The notes: generated by a model not told the origin, from the letters alone. Positions 12,302 to 26,506 are shown, counted from the stretch's first letter. The stretch: DNA of 64,000 bases from Felis catus (GCF_018350175.1 NC_058368.1:33482001-33546000), one strand, 5' to 3'. Program-made: numbers and translations.

Positions 12302-14735
12302 CCTTAGTATCATTTATTAGAATGCTTTTGTTACTGTTGAAAGCTCATGCTGGGGATGGATGGACAGGTTAGTGTTGAATTTGGTAGAGGGGAAGGAAAA
12401 TAATCTTTTACACGTAGCTAGATATTACCAGATATGTGTTGAAAACTCATAGCCTCATGTATTCAAAATACAATGAGGACTTTGCAGTTTTATTTTGTAT
12501 TGTTTTGTTTTACCTTATTTTTATAACGCTGGTCATGACCTACCAATAGCTCATCATCTTTGGTTTGAAGAAAGCTTTGCCCCTGAGTTGTGTAACTTCT
12601 CCAATTTCTTCTGAGGAATCCTGCCAATGAGGAACCATCATAGTCTTGTGTTGTGAGAGCACAGTATCGATGATGTCCAAGTGAATATTCTACTCTGTCC
12701 CTTCCTTGAGAATTTACAAGGGAAATAAAACCTATCTGATTTCTCTATTTTACATTTGTATCACCTCTCTTTCACATTCTTCACTTCTCCAGTATATGTA
12801 GCCAGGTTTTCACTTTCTCATGCTTCTTAAGGGATTTTCTCCTTTGTCCTGGCATCGTTTTTCCTGGGTAGTGTCATTTTTTCCTGTGAGTTCTGCCTTA
12901 ATATGGAAGGGGCATTCACTCCACACTCTTAATGAAATTTGACCAGCACTGACCCAAACCACTGAGAGAGAGAATAGTCTAACCAGTCTTTGTGCTCGTT
13001 TGTGTCAATTGCTCATGCTCTGGGTAGAGCCTGGACTACTCTTTTTGAGTTGTCAATCGGATCATGTTATTCCCTATGCTCAAATCGATTCCTTAGAACT
13101 TAGACCTACCAACCACTAAGGTTAGGGTAAACTATGTTCTCACAGTTTCTCATATCATAGTTCTCACATCATCTCACAACTTTCATCTCATAATCCCTAA
13201 CTCCGCACTCAGTGTGCTCCAGCCACACGGGAAGAAGATTGTTCCCACCATAGTGCTCTGCAACTTTTCAGCCTACATTGTATGACTCTCTATAGTTTAA
13301 ATGTAATACTTGGCTCTTCATCATTAACTCGAATTATTTTAAACTTATTTTAGTCATGAAAATATTTCTTTAACCAGCATTGAAATGGAAATCTAGTCAA
13401 CTGCCATGAGAGTGGAAGCCCTTTTCAAGACTATATTCCTCCGATGACTATCTTATCCCATATTCCCTAAGATGGGTCTGAAGTGGGCTTGTATAACCAC
13501 TAGAAAAGTGCCTTTTCAAACACTATGCCATAGTATATATTCTTTTATGTCTTATCATTTCACATGTTTATAATACATTCAGATCGTAAATTAACATACT
13601 TTTTGAATTTTAATTTTGGTACTCAACTCTTTAAAAGCACATATCAAATATGTACCTTAAATGCACAAACAAATATCAGTAGATTCTTGCAATTATCAAT
13701 TCAAGTCTGAGCTAATTTTCCCTGTCTACTTCAAATTTTATTTGTTCTTAATCTACTGATGACATTCTTTTATTAGTTTATAGTGTAAAATATCTCCAAG
13801 TTTACTCATCTTTGGGAAATGTTAGTTTAGGCAAGAATTGCATAATAGCTGGAAAAGAAAATGTATTCACTAGAAAAAAAAAAGCTCTTGTCATTTAGGT
13901 TTCACATTGCAAAACAAAGTATATGCCAGTTTTTAACCACATTAACTCTTTTCCTTTAATGTCAAGAAGTGAGTTCATAGTATCATTGGCCTATGATTAA
14001 AATTAGCTTGCTGAAGTTGAAGAAGAATGGTTCTCAAGTGGATGGAGTTTACTTTGAGCCATTAACTTTTTTTCAGATCTCTTTCTTGGGGTGATATTCA
14101 CCTGTATCATGAGGGACTTTAAATACTATTTTTTGTTTTGTTCTCCTCAGACACTATAAGCTCAATCACTGAGAAGTGTCTTTCCTTCTCTGAAACATCT
14201 ATACCTATCCAGAATTATAATGAAATGATCAGAAAAAATTGTTGAGTTGAAGAATATGCCTCCTAGTATAGCTTTATTTTCTTGAAATACTTTTAATGAA
14301 AGGGTTATCTAGATATGCTATCTCATTTCCCCTCTTACATAATTTTTTGGACTCTCTAAGTAAATTTTAAGTTTAATTTTTATATCAAAACTACTCTGAT
14401 CAATGTTTCAACATCTCCATGTTGTTGAATCTACTAATCATATCTCAATATTCATATTACGTGACCTGTCAATAGCATTTGAGATAATTGATCGCCTTCC
14501 TGAAAATCAGTGGCTTTCAGATCACATGCCTGATTTTTCTTCTACCACTTAGGTGTCTGCTTCTCAATCTCTTTTGCTTGTCTGTCATCATATCCCTGAT
14601 CACTAAACATTGGAATGACTCAGGGCTCTACCCTTGGGCCTCTTCTCTTCTCTAGCTATAGTTACTCTGTAGTGGATCACATTAAACCCTAGACTTCAAT
14701 ACATGTGAATGATGGTGATTTACATATTTATGTCT

Positions 14736-14962
14736 TTTTTTTTTTTTTTACATTTATTTATTTTTGAGAGACAGAGAGAGATAGAGCACGACAGAGCACA
14801 AGTGGGGGAGGGGCAGAGAGAGAAGGAGACACAGAATCCAAAGTAGGCTCCAGGCTCCAAGCTGTCAGCACAGAGCCAACACCGGGCTCCAACCCACAAA
14901 CCGTGAGATCATGACCTGAGCTGAAGTTGGACATGTAACCGACGGAGCCACCCAGGCACCCC
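14736..14962 (-). mobile_element. CAN-SINE
   Basis: Reverse SINE; TSD atttatgtctt. Confidence 0.93.
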
Positions 14963-15145
14963 TGAACATTTATGTCTTAAACCAAGGCCTTTTACATGAA
15001 CTCTGCTTGGATGCCTAAGAAACAAATCAATATTCACAAAATTGAGCCTAGAAAAAAAAAACAAAACTTAGCCAGCAGCATATGGTCAACAAATAACTGC
15101 TGAATGAATAAATAACATTATATGATAATAATAATTATAATAACA

Positions 15146-15147
<2 letters not shown>

Positions 15148-15189
<42 letters not shown>

Positions 15190-15190
15190 T
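15148..15190. repeat. (TTTA)n microsatellite
   Basis: Tandem ttta repeats. Confidence 0.9.
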
Positions 15191-15651
15191 ACTTTCATCT
15201 TCCCTATCTGAATAAAGGGTAAATAGATTCTTCTAGCTGCTCAGGCCAAAAAGAATATGGTTAAAACTGATGTTTTCTCTTGTACTCCACATCCAATTTG
15301 TCAGCAAATACTCTTTGATCTACTCTCAAAATCAATCCAGAATCATGACCTGACAGGAAGCCCTCCTTTGACTGTAGATATCTGGAGCCTATATCGTTTT
15401 ATACATCTACACAGTGAAGGATATCCTAGCTATTATTGAGATCCAGTGGCTTACACAGAGCCTGGATGAAAAAAATGACCAGATTAGAATCAGCCAGCTA
15501 CTCAGTAATAGTGAATTTATTATTCACTATGGTGATGCAAAATTTTCAAATTTGAGACAAAAAGATTTTGAACATCTGCTTCCTTACTTTGCCAATCTAA
15601 CAAAAAGCTGTAACACTAAATTATATATATTTTTTTAAATATAAGAGATCA

Positions 15652-15867
15652 GGGGTGCTTGGGTGGCTCCGTCGGCTAAGCGTTCGACTTCAGCTCAGGT
15701 AACGATCTCGCAGCTCATGGGTTCGAGGCCCGCGTGGGGCTCTGTGCCGACAGCTCAGAGCCTGGAGCCTGTTTCAGAATCTGTGTCTCCTTCTCTCTCT
15801 GACCCACCCCGTTCATGCTCTATCTCTCTCTGTCTCAAAAATAAATAAACGTTAAAAAAAATTACAC
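15652..15867 (+). mobile_element. CAN-SINE (felid type)
   Basis: TSD ataagagatca (15641-15651 and 15868-15878). Confidence 0.95.
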
Positions 15868-16405
15868 ATAAGAGATCATAACACCTACACCTAACCAACT
15901 TTTTCTGGAGGAGAATAAAAGTTATTGCTTGGGGACATAATCTGGCAAAATGGGAAAGTACTACATAAAAACAAAATAAGATAAACAATTCAACAAGTTG
16001 TCTACCTGTTCTATAAGCTGAATAGAAATTCCAGGATGACAGCTGGACATCAGGTAAAAACAACAATAACAGTAACAAAGGTTCACATTGAACACAGAAA
16101 GAACTCACTGCATTCAGTGAAAAATGGATTCAAGAAGTGAGTATATTCCATTTCAAAAATACTGTGAATCTGGAAGATATTAATGGTATAATGAAGACAT
16201 ACTCTTCTCTACAAAAAGAAAACAAAACAGAAAAATGTGAGAAAAATAACAAAAATACAAAAAGAAAAAGTTTTCAAGTAATAATGCAAACTAAAATGTG
16301 GTAAAGTTTTATTGGCTAAGAAAAAAAAATCCATTCAACTTTGTGATTTGGATCATCTTCTTTTAACCTACATAGAAAGAGTGTCCAACATTAAATTTGC
16401 TTCCT

Positions 16406-16623
16406 TATTACTTACTTATTTATTTAATGTTCATTTATTTTTGAGAGACAGACAGAGTTGAGAGTGGGGGAGGGGCAGAGAGAGAGGGAGACAAAATCCA
16501 AAGCAGATTCCAGGCTCTGAGCTGTCACCACAAAGCCCGATGCCAGGCTCAAACTCACAAACTGAGGGATCATGACCTGAGCTGAGGTTGCATGCTTAAC
16601 CAACTGAGCCACCCAAGCACCCT
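16406..16623 (-). mobile_element. CAN-SINE
   Basis: Reverse SINE; TSD aatttgcttcct. Confidence 0.93.
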
Positions 16624-17384
16624 GAATTTGCTTCCTATTGATCCAAACAATTGACTGGCTTCTGCAAACATATTATAAATCCCGCTATTGATTTTCAATT
16701 TTTAGAAACAACCTAAAAGCAAACTTGAATAATTAAAATTACAAATAATATTATAGGTGAAATATTTGAACATGCATGTTTAAAAATAATAATTAGATTT
16801 TTTAAAGTTAAAAATGGAATGCAGTCATGTTCCGGTTGATGAGACTTTTAAGGGGAAAAGCATGAAAGTTATTCTAAAGTTACTATAGAGGTAATAATTT
16901 CCTTATCACACATAATAGATAAATACTATACTTCTATTTCTTTTCTATGATCACTTAGGTAACAAGGTGAAATTCTTAAATATGATTACAATTAAAAGGA
17001 ACAAAGTACAAAATATCTAATTATATATCTTTACATTTAATTTTAATCATATTATAATTCTCTAATTGAAAATTGTATAGCTACCATTTCTAGAATGGTA
17101 TTTAATAAAACACTAATTAACAGTGGTTACTATTAGATGATAGAACTACAGATAAATTTCTTCCTTATACTTTTTTCATTTTTTAATTAGATTTTTCCAT
17201 TAGACTGTATTATTTTGAAATCAGAATAATTTGGTAAGGTTATTTCAAAAATAAAAGTAACCTTAATTATATTTTGTTTTCCTCATGTTTCGTGACAGGC
17301 CTGTGAAGAAAAATAATTTGAAAATTGAGCAAAATAACTAAGCCCAAGATAGCGACTTTCTTTTCTGTTTTTGCACCTGCTCAC

Positions 17385-17834
17385 TGTAATAGGAAGTCTT
17401 CTAACATGGTAACCTATAATTCCTCCCAATTGTGCATATGCATTTCACCACTTACATCAAGTGGTAGAGTCTGAGCCAGTCTTATGTTCAGTAAAATAAA
17501 ATTAAAGTGATGTTTGGGATATCACATCTGAGTTCAGGTTTTAAGAGAACTGTCAGCTTCTGCCCCTCCATGTTGGAGGGTAGGCATCATGCAGTGAGAA
17601 AGCCCATGCCAGTACCAAATTGTTAGAGGCCACATGGAGCAAGGTGGACATTCCAGCCACTGTTGGGAATCCAGCTGATTCAATGATAGAGGTAATCTCA
17701 CCATATATAATGTGGAGCCGAAAATCAGCCAAGCTGAGCTCAGTCAGCTCACAGATTCATAACAAATAGTCACTGCCAGTTTAAGTCACTGAGTTTGGGC
17801 ATGATTTATCATGCAGCCACAAATAACAGATATA
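17385..17834 (+). mobile_element. MaLR LTR (MLT1H-like)
   Basis: gaggccacatggag and gctgagctcagtcagctcacaga internally; tttaagtcactgagtttggg...aataacagatata end. Confidence 0.65.
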
Positions 17835-17849
17835 CTTACTAAAAGTGGG

Positions 17850-18504
17850 TGTTGTGTTCAAAATATTCCATTTGCTTCTCTTCTCACAATAAAACCCAAA
17901 AGATAGTAAAATAAGAGTTTTGGGGAGGTCATCAAGACAATGTGACCATAGGTCTACCCATGAGTTGTACCCCACAATTGGAGGCCCCTTACCCTCTCCT
18001 CATCCTTGAAAATGCATTCTGTTCACCTTCCCTGTTTCCAGAGGCTGCTCCAACAACATAGCACATGACCAAAATGTGTCTCATTACTTGAGACGTTGAG
18101 ACTATCCAGACAATATACATACTGAACCCAGTTAAGGCCTCTCTATAAACTTTTAAGATTTTGTGGGCACTGGTGCACTCCGGGGGTCTTAATCGGTTGA
18201 GCATCCGACACTTGATTTCCCAGGGTCATGGGATCGAGCCCCATGTCGGGCTCTGTGCTGAGCATGGGGTTTGCTTGGGATTCTCTCCCGCCCCCCTCCC
18301 TCTTTAAAAAAACAAAACAAAACCACTTTTGTGAGAGGAGACCTACTCATCTTGTGGCCACCCTAGACGAATGTCATACGTAATTTTTGTTGCTTATTAA
18401 ACCTGTCACCTACCAATCTCTTTCTTGTCTCTTCCTACCTTCTACCTTCAGGGGCTGGTTTCAGATTACACCTGGGAGGCTCCTGAGAAACTTGCAAACC
18501 AACA
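17850..18504 (+). mobile_element. Probable ERV solo LTR interrupted by a SINE
   Basis: TGTTG...CAACA termini, TATAAA near 18145 and ATTAAA near 18396; no clean TSD seen. Confidence 0.55.
18165..18324 (+). mobile_element. Short, older CAN-SINE
   Basis: gggatcgagccccatgtcgggctctgtgctgagc body and an A tail. Confidence 0.85.
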
Positions 18505-19631
18505 GATATATTTTGTTCTGCCTAGAATTTTTTTAGGTAATATGTTTATTTTAAACCAGGGAGTAAGTTTCATGACCTGCTAAAAAACCCTGACTTAACA
18601 GAGTTGCAATGTATTAACAGACACACTAGAGCAAATGGCGGTGGTCAAACAATAACTCAAATTCCAGAAACTTGAAATTCTCAAACTGTTGCTGGCAAGG
18701 CATATGCAGTAGAACAGCTTCTGTGAACACGGATAGATTTTAATTCCTTCTTGGCCTATTAAGTCCATTTAGTATTCTTACAGATAAAAACCATTTTGGA
18801 GAATTGTGTTGAGCTCTCCAAGATGGCCAACTTAAGCAATACCTTTGCAATATATCTCCAGGGCATGTACTACTTGGGGAGAGTAGAGAAATGTTTGATT
18901 TTGTAATGGCTTAAAGTCATTTGAAGATATTGTATAATTTTTCATCAACTTTATACATAAAAAATTAGATTGACCTAAGTTTAGCTCTTTGGAGAATTGG
19001 CTTTTCAGATTTAACCTTGACCAGTTATACATTCAAATGATTTTATCTTTTTCACTACATGCATAATGTTTTGCCCTTCAGTTCTGGAGGCAAATTTCAC
19101 CTTTTCTCCCGGACAGTGTCAGATGTCATTCAAGGATAAAGCCATCTAATGCATCTGTTCTACTATTTAAGGTATTTCCATATCATAATAAATTGTCAAC
19201 CTCTTTCACTAATATATTTTGAACTCCTTAATAACTATTTGTAAAAATTAGAATTACATTTATTTTGCCTCTCACCATGACCTTCATATAGTTTTCATTT
19301 AATCAGTCAATAATTATTATATACAAATGTTTTTAATTGATTATTTTTGTAATGGTAAGGTGAAAGTATTTTAATGTATAATAACTTAAAGGTATAATTT
19401 TGCTCCTGTTTGCATTATACTTAAGATAAGAAAAATCTATCATTTTAATATTCTAAAAGCTAACAGTTTATTCTTATTCATTATATGATTCACTTTTCAG
19501 TAAAAACATGAAAAATAAACACATCATCATGCTTAGCCTTATTGATATTCTAGCATACCATGTTCTTGCCTATATTGAACAGCTTTTTTATGCTATTGAC
19601 TGATAAATTAATAATTGATTTTAAACACATA

Positions 19632-19847
19632 TTTTATTTTTTTAAGTGTTTATTTTGAGAGAGAGAGTGAATGTGCATATGAGGGGGACGGGTAGAGAGA
19701 AAGGGAGAGAGAGTATCCGAATCAGACTCCATGCTCAGAACTAAGCCTTACTTGGGGCTCAGGACTCGATATCATGAACTGTGAGATCATGACCTGAGCA
19801 GAAATCAAGAGTCAGAAGCTTAACCAACTGAGCCACTCAGGCACCCC
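19632..19847 (-). mobile_element. CAN-SINE
   Basis: Reverse SINE; TSD taaacacata. Confidence 0.92.
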
Positions 19848-20120
19848 TAAACACATACTTTAGTGGTTCTACTGAAATGCATAATATCGTACACTTGTCA
19901 AGTATTTAGTTGTCACAATACATTATGAAGTAGAAATTATTATTATAATAATTCCCATTTTGGAGATAAGAAAAATAAAAACCAGAAAGACTGAATACTA
20001 AAATATCCAAATGCCACTTATTTTGTATTTAAGCATGTTGAAGGTATTTTGGTTTACTGCAATATCAGAATTATACTTAATACTTAAAAACTCATTTTAT
20101 GATTTTAAGCATTTATCTTT

Positions 20121-20324
20121 TTTTTTAAATTTTTTTTAATGTTAATTTTTGAGAGAGAGTGTGAGTGGGGGGGGGGCAGAGAGAGAGGGAGACAGAATCC
20201 GAAGAAGGCGCCAGGCTATGAGCTGTCAGCACAGAGCCCCACGCGGGGCTAGAACTCACGAACTGTGAGATCATGAACTGAGCCGAAGTCAGAGGCTTAA
20301 CCGACTGAGCCACCCAGGTGCCCC
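20121..20324 (-). mobile_element. CAN-SINE
   Basis: TSD aagcatttatcttt (20107-20120 and 20325-20338). Confidence 0.95.
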
Positions 20325-20423
20325 AAGCATTTATCTTTAAAACATTCTAAAAATAAAGCAACTGGCATAGCTTTAATCATAAACACAATTTTCTTCACAC
20401 AAAATTGGCTTTTCATAGTTTTA

Positions 20424-20674
20424 TTTATTTTTTTTATTTTTTATTTTTTATTTTATTTTTTTTTGTTTTAATGTTTATTATTTATTTTTGAGACAGAGAG
20501 AGACAGAGCATGAACAGCGGAGGGGCAGAGAGAGGGGGAGACACACAATGGAAGCAGGCTCCAGGCTCTGAGCCATCAGCCCAGAGCCCGACGCGGGCCT
20601 CGAACTCATGGACCGCGAGATCGTGACCTGAGCTGAAGTCGGACGCCCAACCGACGGAGCCACCCAGGCGCCCC
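20424..20674 (-). mobile_element. CAN-SINE (young, CpG-rich)
   Basis: TSD tttcatagtttta (20411-20423 and 20675-20687). Confidence 0.95.
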
Positions 20675-20742
20675 TTTCATAGTTTTAATTTAAACTATTC
20701 TACATTTTTCCTTTAAGAATTTATTAAAAACTTTTAAATCAA

Positions 20743-20940
20743 GGGACGCCTGGGTGGCTCAGTCGGTTGAGTGTCTGACTTCCACTCAGGTCATGATCTC
20801 AAATTCTGTTCCAGCCCCATATCCAGCTCTATGCTGACAGCTCGGAGCCTGAAGCCTGCCCCAGATTCTGTATCTCCCTCTCTCTACTCATGCTCTCTCT
20901 CTCTCTCAAAATAATAAATAAACATTAAAAAAAATTTATA
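20743..20940 (+). mobile_element. CAN-SINE
   Basis: gggacgcctgggtggctcagtcgg head, (CT)n and an A tail. Confidence 0.9.
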
Positions 20941-21599
20941 CGCCATTAATACCAAAGTATTGTTTTTAAAAATATAAAACCCTATTCTTTGGTAATATTT
21001 TTTTTTCAAATCCATAAATTCTCATCCAATGAAAATATCTATAAACCTATATTTATATTCAAATATATAATGCTAAAGATAATAAGAATAAAAAATAATG
21101 ATGTATACCTTTTTAAAAATTAGAAATAAAATTCTAACTTGAATGATGATACAAACGCTAATACTATTGCCTTGAAGTGACAAGGAAAATATTATTTTAC
21201 TTTATATTCACCCATTTTTACTCAATCTATAAAAGTACTTTTACAAAATAGCTCCATGAGATATAAAAAAATAAAGACAGTTAAAAGATGTTTTATGAAT
21301 CTGAACTTTTTCCTTGGCTTTTTCCTGGCTAAGAGATTTTAAGCAAGTCACTTTAATTTTTGAGCCGTAGTTTCCTGTCTATAAATTATTAAAATAAAAT
21401 ATATTTCCATTATTATTAGCATTAAATATAATTATCCCAAAGAGCCTTTTATATTTTTTGGTAAAATGAGAGCTATTTCATAAAAATATTTAATAGAGTT
21501 AAAATTAGATTATTTATCACTTCGAAAGACTTTTGACATTATAATGCCATATCAATCATAATAGATGCTAACATTTTATATAATTATAAGAAAGGTAGT

Positions 21600-23350
21600 T
21601 GTTTGTCCTTGTATACAATTAACATTACACTAAAATTTCAAAAGGATAGACCTATGGAGTTTATTTGCAATAGAAAATGGGATAAAAATTAACAAAGGTA
21701 TTTGTCAGTTTCTATAGGAATAAGAAAGTTGAGTTCCAAGAATGATACTAGACAATCAGAGAGACAGAAATGAAAAGAAAATTGAATCAGAAAGTGTAAA
21801 GTACAAAGTAACTTACCGGGATAAATAGAAAGAAAATTGGTGTTTTCATTACTGAAGAGTAACACCAGTAAAAGAGAAAATGAAATAATTATAATGATGG
21901 TTCAACTTGAGTTGCTCTCCCAGAAAGAAAGCAAACACAAGAAAAAGTGATTAAAGTAAGATTAGTAAAAGTAAGAAATATATGGATGATAAAAAATGCA
22001 TATCTAGCCCATAAAAACAAGATCTATTTATGGTTGAAATTAGGACCTTGAAGTAGAAGAAATAGTCCATATCAAAATCTACTAAAGTGTACCTGAGCTG
22101 GAAATTTGCAAATTGAAGGAATCGACTTGGTTAAAAGTAATTAAATAAGCACCACATCACTTTAAATGAAGAGATAAAGGTATATGTAATTTCTGGAGAA
22201 AAAAAAAATTAACCTGACACAGATACAAAAATAATACTAGTGTATTTTTTCTCTGATAAACTGAATACCAAAAAAGTTAATATTGCAATAGCTTAAGAAT
22301 TGTGAAGTTAAAAAAATTGTGAATCCAAGATACTCTGAAAGTGAAGTTTTCATTTATGTATGAAGAACATTTATAAAGACATATATGTCAGAAGTACTTA
22401 ACATTCTGGGTTAAATGCATCCAACCAGATTTCAAAGGTCAAAAATAAATTAAAAGCATTAAATAACACCAGTTGAATTGCAACATCGATAAAACCCAAA
22501 TTTCTGTGCACAACTATATTCAACTATTAGAAATAAAAAAATAAGAAAGAATATGAAAAAAATTATAATGATATAGAGCATATACCACTGATAAAGAAGA
22601 AGTTAAATAAATTAGAACCGAGTTAGATGTGCAACGTTATGCCAACAACTTGAAGAATCTAGACAAATGGCAGTGGACTTGAAAAATTTTACTTAGTTTG
22701 TCTCAACTAGGGAAAATAAGTGTGAATAATTCAATAACTATAAAAGAAATTAAAAATGATCACCCTAGTTTAAAAAAAAAAAAAGAGGACCCGAGTGTTT
22801 AAGGGGATATGGCAAATCTCCAAGCCACTAAGATAGAAATTCTGTTATGTAAACAGTGTCTAAGAGGGTAGGGCAAAGCAGATACCTGAAAACTCATGAG
22901 GTTCATGAGGTTAAAATAACTCAGAATAAAATCAAAGATTTCTTTAGAGGTTGTGCAACCCAGCATTGCTTTGTTTATGTTGTTAAAAATAAAAGCCCCT
23001 TAAATCTCATCAATATGACACTGGTTAAATAAAATATGGTGCATCCAAACTATGGAAAACTATGACAAGGATTAACAGAATGTGAAAGACCTATAAAAAC
23101 ATGGACCAATTCTGAGGCATATGTTTAAGAGATAAAGTCCAATAATAGCACAGGTAGAATAACAGCACTTATGTAAGAAAAATAATTGTAAGCATCTGTA
23201 ATATGCATAATCTCCCCACAGTCAGAGGACTGGAAGGACGGTGATGATTGGAAAGGGAATAAAGGAGGAACTTTATTTTTGTTTTGAATTATTACATATC
23301 GCTTGATTCTTTTATAATGACAATATATTTGTGTGTTAGTGTATACAAAA
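21600..23350 (+). mobile_element. Highly decayed ancient L1 fragments (L1M/L1ME or HAL1-like)
   Basis: A-rich strand bias; ORF2-like ttatgccaacaacttgaagaatctagacaaatgg (about 22637-22670); 3' end-like ggttaaataaaatatggtgcatccaaactatggaa. Confidence 0.55.
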
Positions 23351-23649
23351 GTTGCTGAAAATAAAAGCGAACGTATCAATTCTACATGGAGCTGTATTGT
23401 TTATATCAACTTTTCTCAACTACAAAATCTTGGTTTGTCAGTTCTGAAGTTTGTCATAATATGTTAGTAGTATTAAAGAACAGTAATTTTGAATAATCTT
23501 TTTTTTTTTTTTTAAATGAGATTGGAGTCTAGTTTTCCTCTGTTGGAATGTTACTCTTCCCCACATGGATTCAGATATTTGTTTTTGGACATGAAAGAAA
23601 GTGGTAGAATTATAGCTAGTGCTCTTAAATGTTGTATGGAGTTGGATAT

Positions 23650-24049
23650 GTAAATGGAGTGTGTTTGTAATCATCAAACCAGACTACAGAAAAAAAAAAC
23701 CTCAAAAATATAGGGACTTTATAATAACAAAAGGTTTTTTTCTAACTCATGCTCAATGCCTGATAGGGGTTAGGCAGATGTTTCTGTTCAGTTTCAGTCA
23801 CCATGAAACAAACATAGGCCAATGAAGAAAATGCCATCTTGAATGTTGTCAGTCTTCAGCCTGCAAGGAAAAGAGAGCTGTCGGGGTCTTACAATGGACT
23901 TAAATACTGTAGCCCGGAAATGATAGTCTTTAGTTTGTTCACAACTACTTGGACATGACCCCATTCAACTAAGAGGCCAGGGAGTGCAATTTTATTATGT
24001 GCCCAGAAGAAGGAAAATTTGGGATAATTGGCAAATAGCGACTGCCACA
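23650..24049 (-). mobile_element. MaLR LTR (MLT1I/J-like)
   Basis: The minus strand begins tgtggcagtc; ttatgtgcccagaagaagg and cccggaaatga motifs. Confidence 0.65.
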
Positions 24050-25612
24050 GTACTGTACTTGGATATTGTAATTCAAAGTTGAAAACTGCTGATCTCTGCA
24101 ATCCATAGATAATCAACAAAATAGTTGATGTACATATTTATAGATCTAATATTCAACTTCATTATCACATTATGGAATTAAACATCATAGATATGGAGAT
24201 TGGTAGATTATATGCAAAATCTGTCATATTAATTTTGTGACCTTGGACATTTTATTTGCACACTATAAATTTAATTATCTCTTCTCTAAAGAGAGGTGAC
24301 AGTAAGTAAAACAATTGCTTTTTCCTATGTGAACTTGATATGATTATCTTTATGAGGTGCTTGTCTGAAGTTGAGCCTTCACTATTAGTGTTTATAGTGA
24401 TAACAATGGCATTATTATATGCAGTAGTTTTATGACCACCTAATGGTCATATATATTCTATATTTATAAGGTTCTTCCAAATATTTTAATTCAATACTTA
24501 TCATCATGTGATGTAAAACACAGATTAGGTTACCCACTCTTCATATATAAGACAATTGAATCTCTGGCTGATGTGCTCCAGGACACTTACAGTGACTTCT
24601 TCAATGTCTCAGGTCAAGGAAATTGAAGACCCCAGAATCAAAACCTGACCAAAAGACCCTACTACCGATTAAAAAATAATAATAATACAAAAAAGGAAAA
24701 GGAACCTACATAGCATATATAGCGGGTAGCCAAATCTTAAGGTAAAAAAACAAACAAAACAAAACACATCTTATTAATATTGAATCAAACAACATTCTGA
24801 TTGTACTATCAGTAATGCTATTAAGCCAACTAATTGTTTAAATATATGAATTGTGAGGATTCAATGTTAACTTTGATTTATATGCAATGCCAAGGGCAGT
24901 GTCGAGGAAACTTGTCAAAAATAACTAGAAATACCTTATTGGGCGGACAATATTCATAACCTCATATTTTGCTTTTCTGAATTTCCACATTATAAAAGTA
25001 TTTCTTAGTACATCAGTTCAACTCTAGTTGAATGGTTAATTACATTTCTTCTCAAATTGATATTGATAGTTCTTTTTTTCAATCCTATTCCTGGACTAGA
25101 TTAACCTTACCCACAAACTGCCTACAGAAACTGCTCTCCGCTATGATTTTCTTGGACATAATGGGTCCCAGTGTGCACGCTGTTTGTCTCACTGGCTTCC
25201 AGAGATGCCCAGAATGCTTGTGTCTTCCTTTCTTTAAGGACCAAATGTTCTTGACATGTCACTGTCAGTACTCTCATTTAGATCTCCTGTTCTTGGTTCC
25301 TTGCCATTTCATAAGAACATCTTATTAAAAAGACAGTACTCAAAGTTACATGCAGGATATTGATGGAAAACCACCATTGTGTGGCATGGCATTTTTAGCC
25401 TGAGGCAAACATTCAATCTATTTTTTAATAGTTTCGTGTGACTGCAGGCAGGTAAGTGGATTCTATATCCATACACCCCAAACCGAAATTATAATAGTTG
25501 AATATTTTAAATGGCTAAAAGTTTGAAGCATATTTAATTAGATCATGATATGAAAGATTTATTTAAATAAAATGTCCTCAAGACAGTTGTTAAAAATTTT
25601 TATAACACTCAA

Positions 25613-25826
25613 GGGGCTCCCGGGTGGTTCAGTGGCTTAAGCATCCGACTTCAGCTCAGGTCATGATCTCATGGTTCGTGGGTTTGAGCCTCACGTCAGG
25701 CTCTGTGCTGACAGCTCAGAGCCTGGAGCCTGTTTTGGATTCTGTGTCTCCCTCTCTCTCTGTCCTTCCTCCGCCCGTGCCCTGTCTCTCTGTCCCTCAA
25801 AAAATGAACAAACATTAAAAAGTATT
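25613..25826 (+). mobile_element. CAN-SINE
   Basis: TSD approximately aaaattttataacactcaag. Confidence 0.94.
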
Positions 25827-26164
25827 TAAAAATTTTATAACACTCAAGACCAAAGGATATCCATGTAGAATTGTAGTTCATTATAAATCCTGGATTCAAG
25901 GCAGCTTTACCACAATCAATACTCACAACCCATTTCAGGTAGAACATCCTTATCTCAAACTATGATATAGGTTCTGCTCTAGGATCCCATTTTATAGGGA
26001 AGGAAAATGAAGCTTATAAAGTTTAGGTCATTTTCCCACAGTGTGACAGGTTGTATCAGGCAGTCTATCTTCAGAGGCACTGGTGGTTACTGTATCAATA
26101 AAGCAAGTTCTTTCTTATGTCACAAAAAACTGTAAGAAGCAGAATACTACGACTGTCTTTGTGT

Positions 26165-26354
26165 GCTCTAGTTTCCTAACCAAAGCGCTATTGACATTTT
26201 GGACCAAACATTTTGTTCAGGGTTGGGGATCTGCATCGTAGGATGTTTATCAGCATATTTGGCCACTACCCACTAGATGCCAGGAGCACCCTGCTCCCCG
26301 TTGTGACAACCAAAAGTATCTCCAGACAAAATTTCACGTGGTTGAAAACCACTA
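26165..26354. mobile_element. MER20-like hAT-Charlie non-autonomous DNA transposon
   Basis: ctattgacattttggacc...taggatgttt...tacccactagatgccag...gtgacaaccaaaa...tctccagaca...ggttgaaaaccact. Confidence 0.8.
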
Positions 26355-26506
26355 CCGGTTTAATAGAATCTACCATAATAACGTGACTGATTTCAAATAG
26401 AAATGTTTTCTTTAAAAACATGCTATTGTTTAAGGATGAAACATAACAAAAATTAACAAATGAATACATGTATATCCTTTCTGTATGTGTTTAAAGAGAA
26501 AATACA

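Larger units (their letters stand above)
14370..15350 (+). mobile_element. LINE-2 fragment (RT-derived region), split by a SINE
   Basis: Degenerate L2 RT motifs tgacctgtcaatagcatttga and ctcagggctctacccttgggcctcttctcttctct. Confidence 0.75.
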
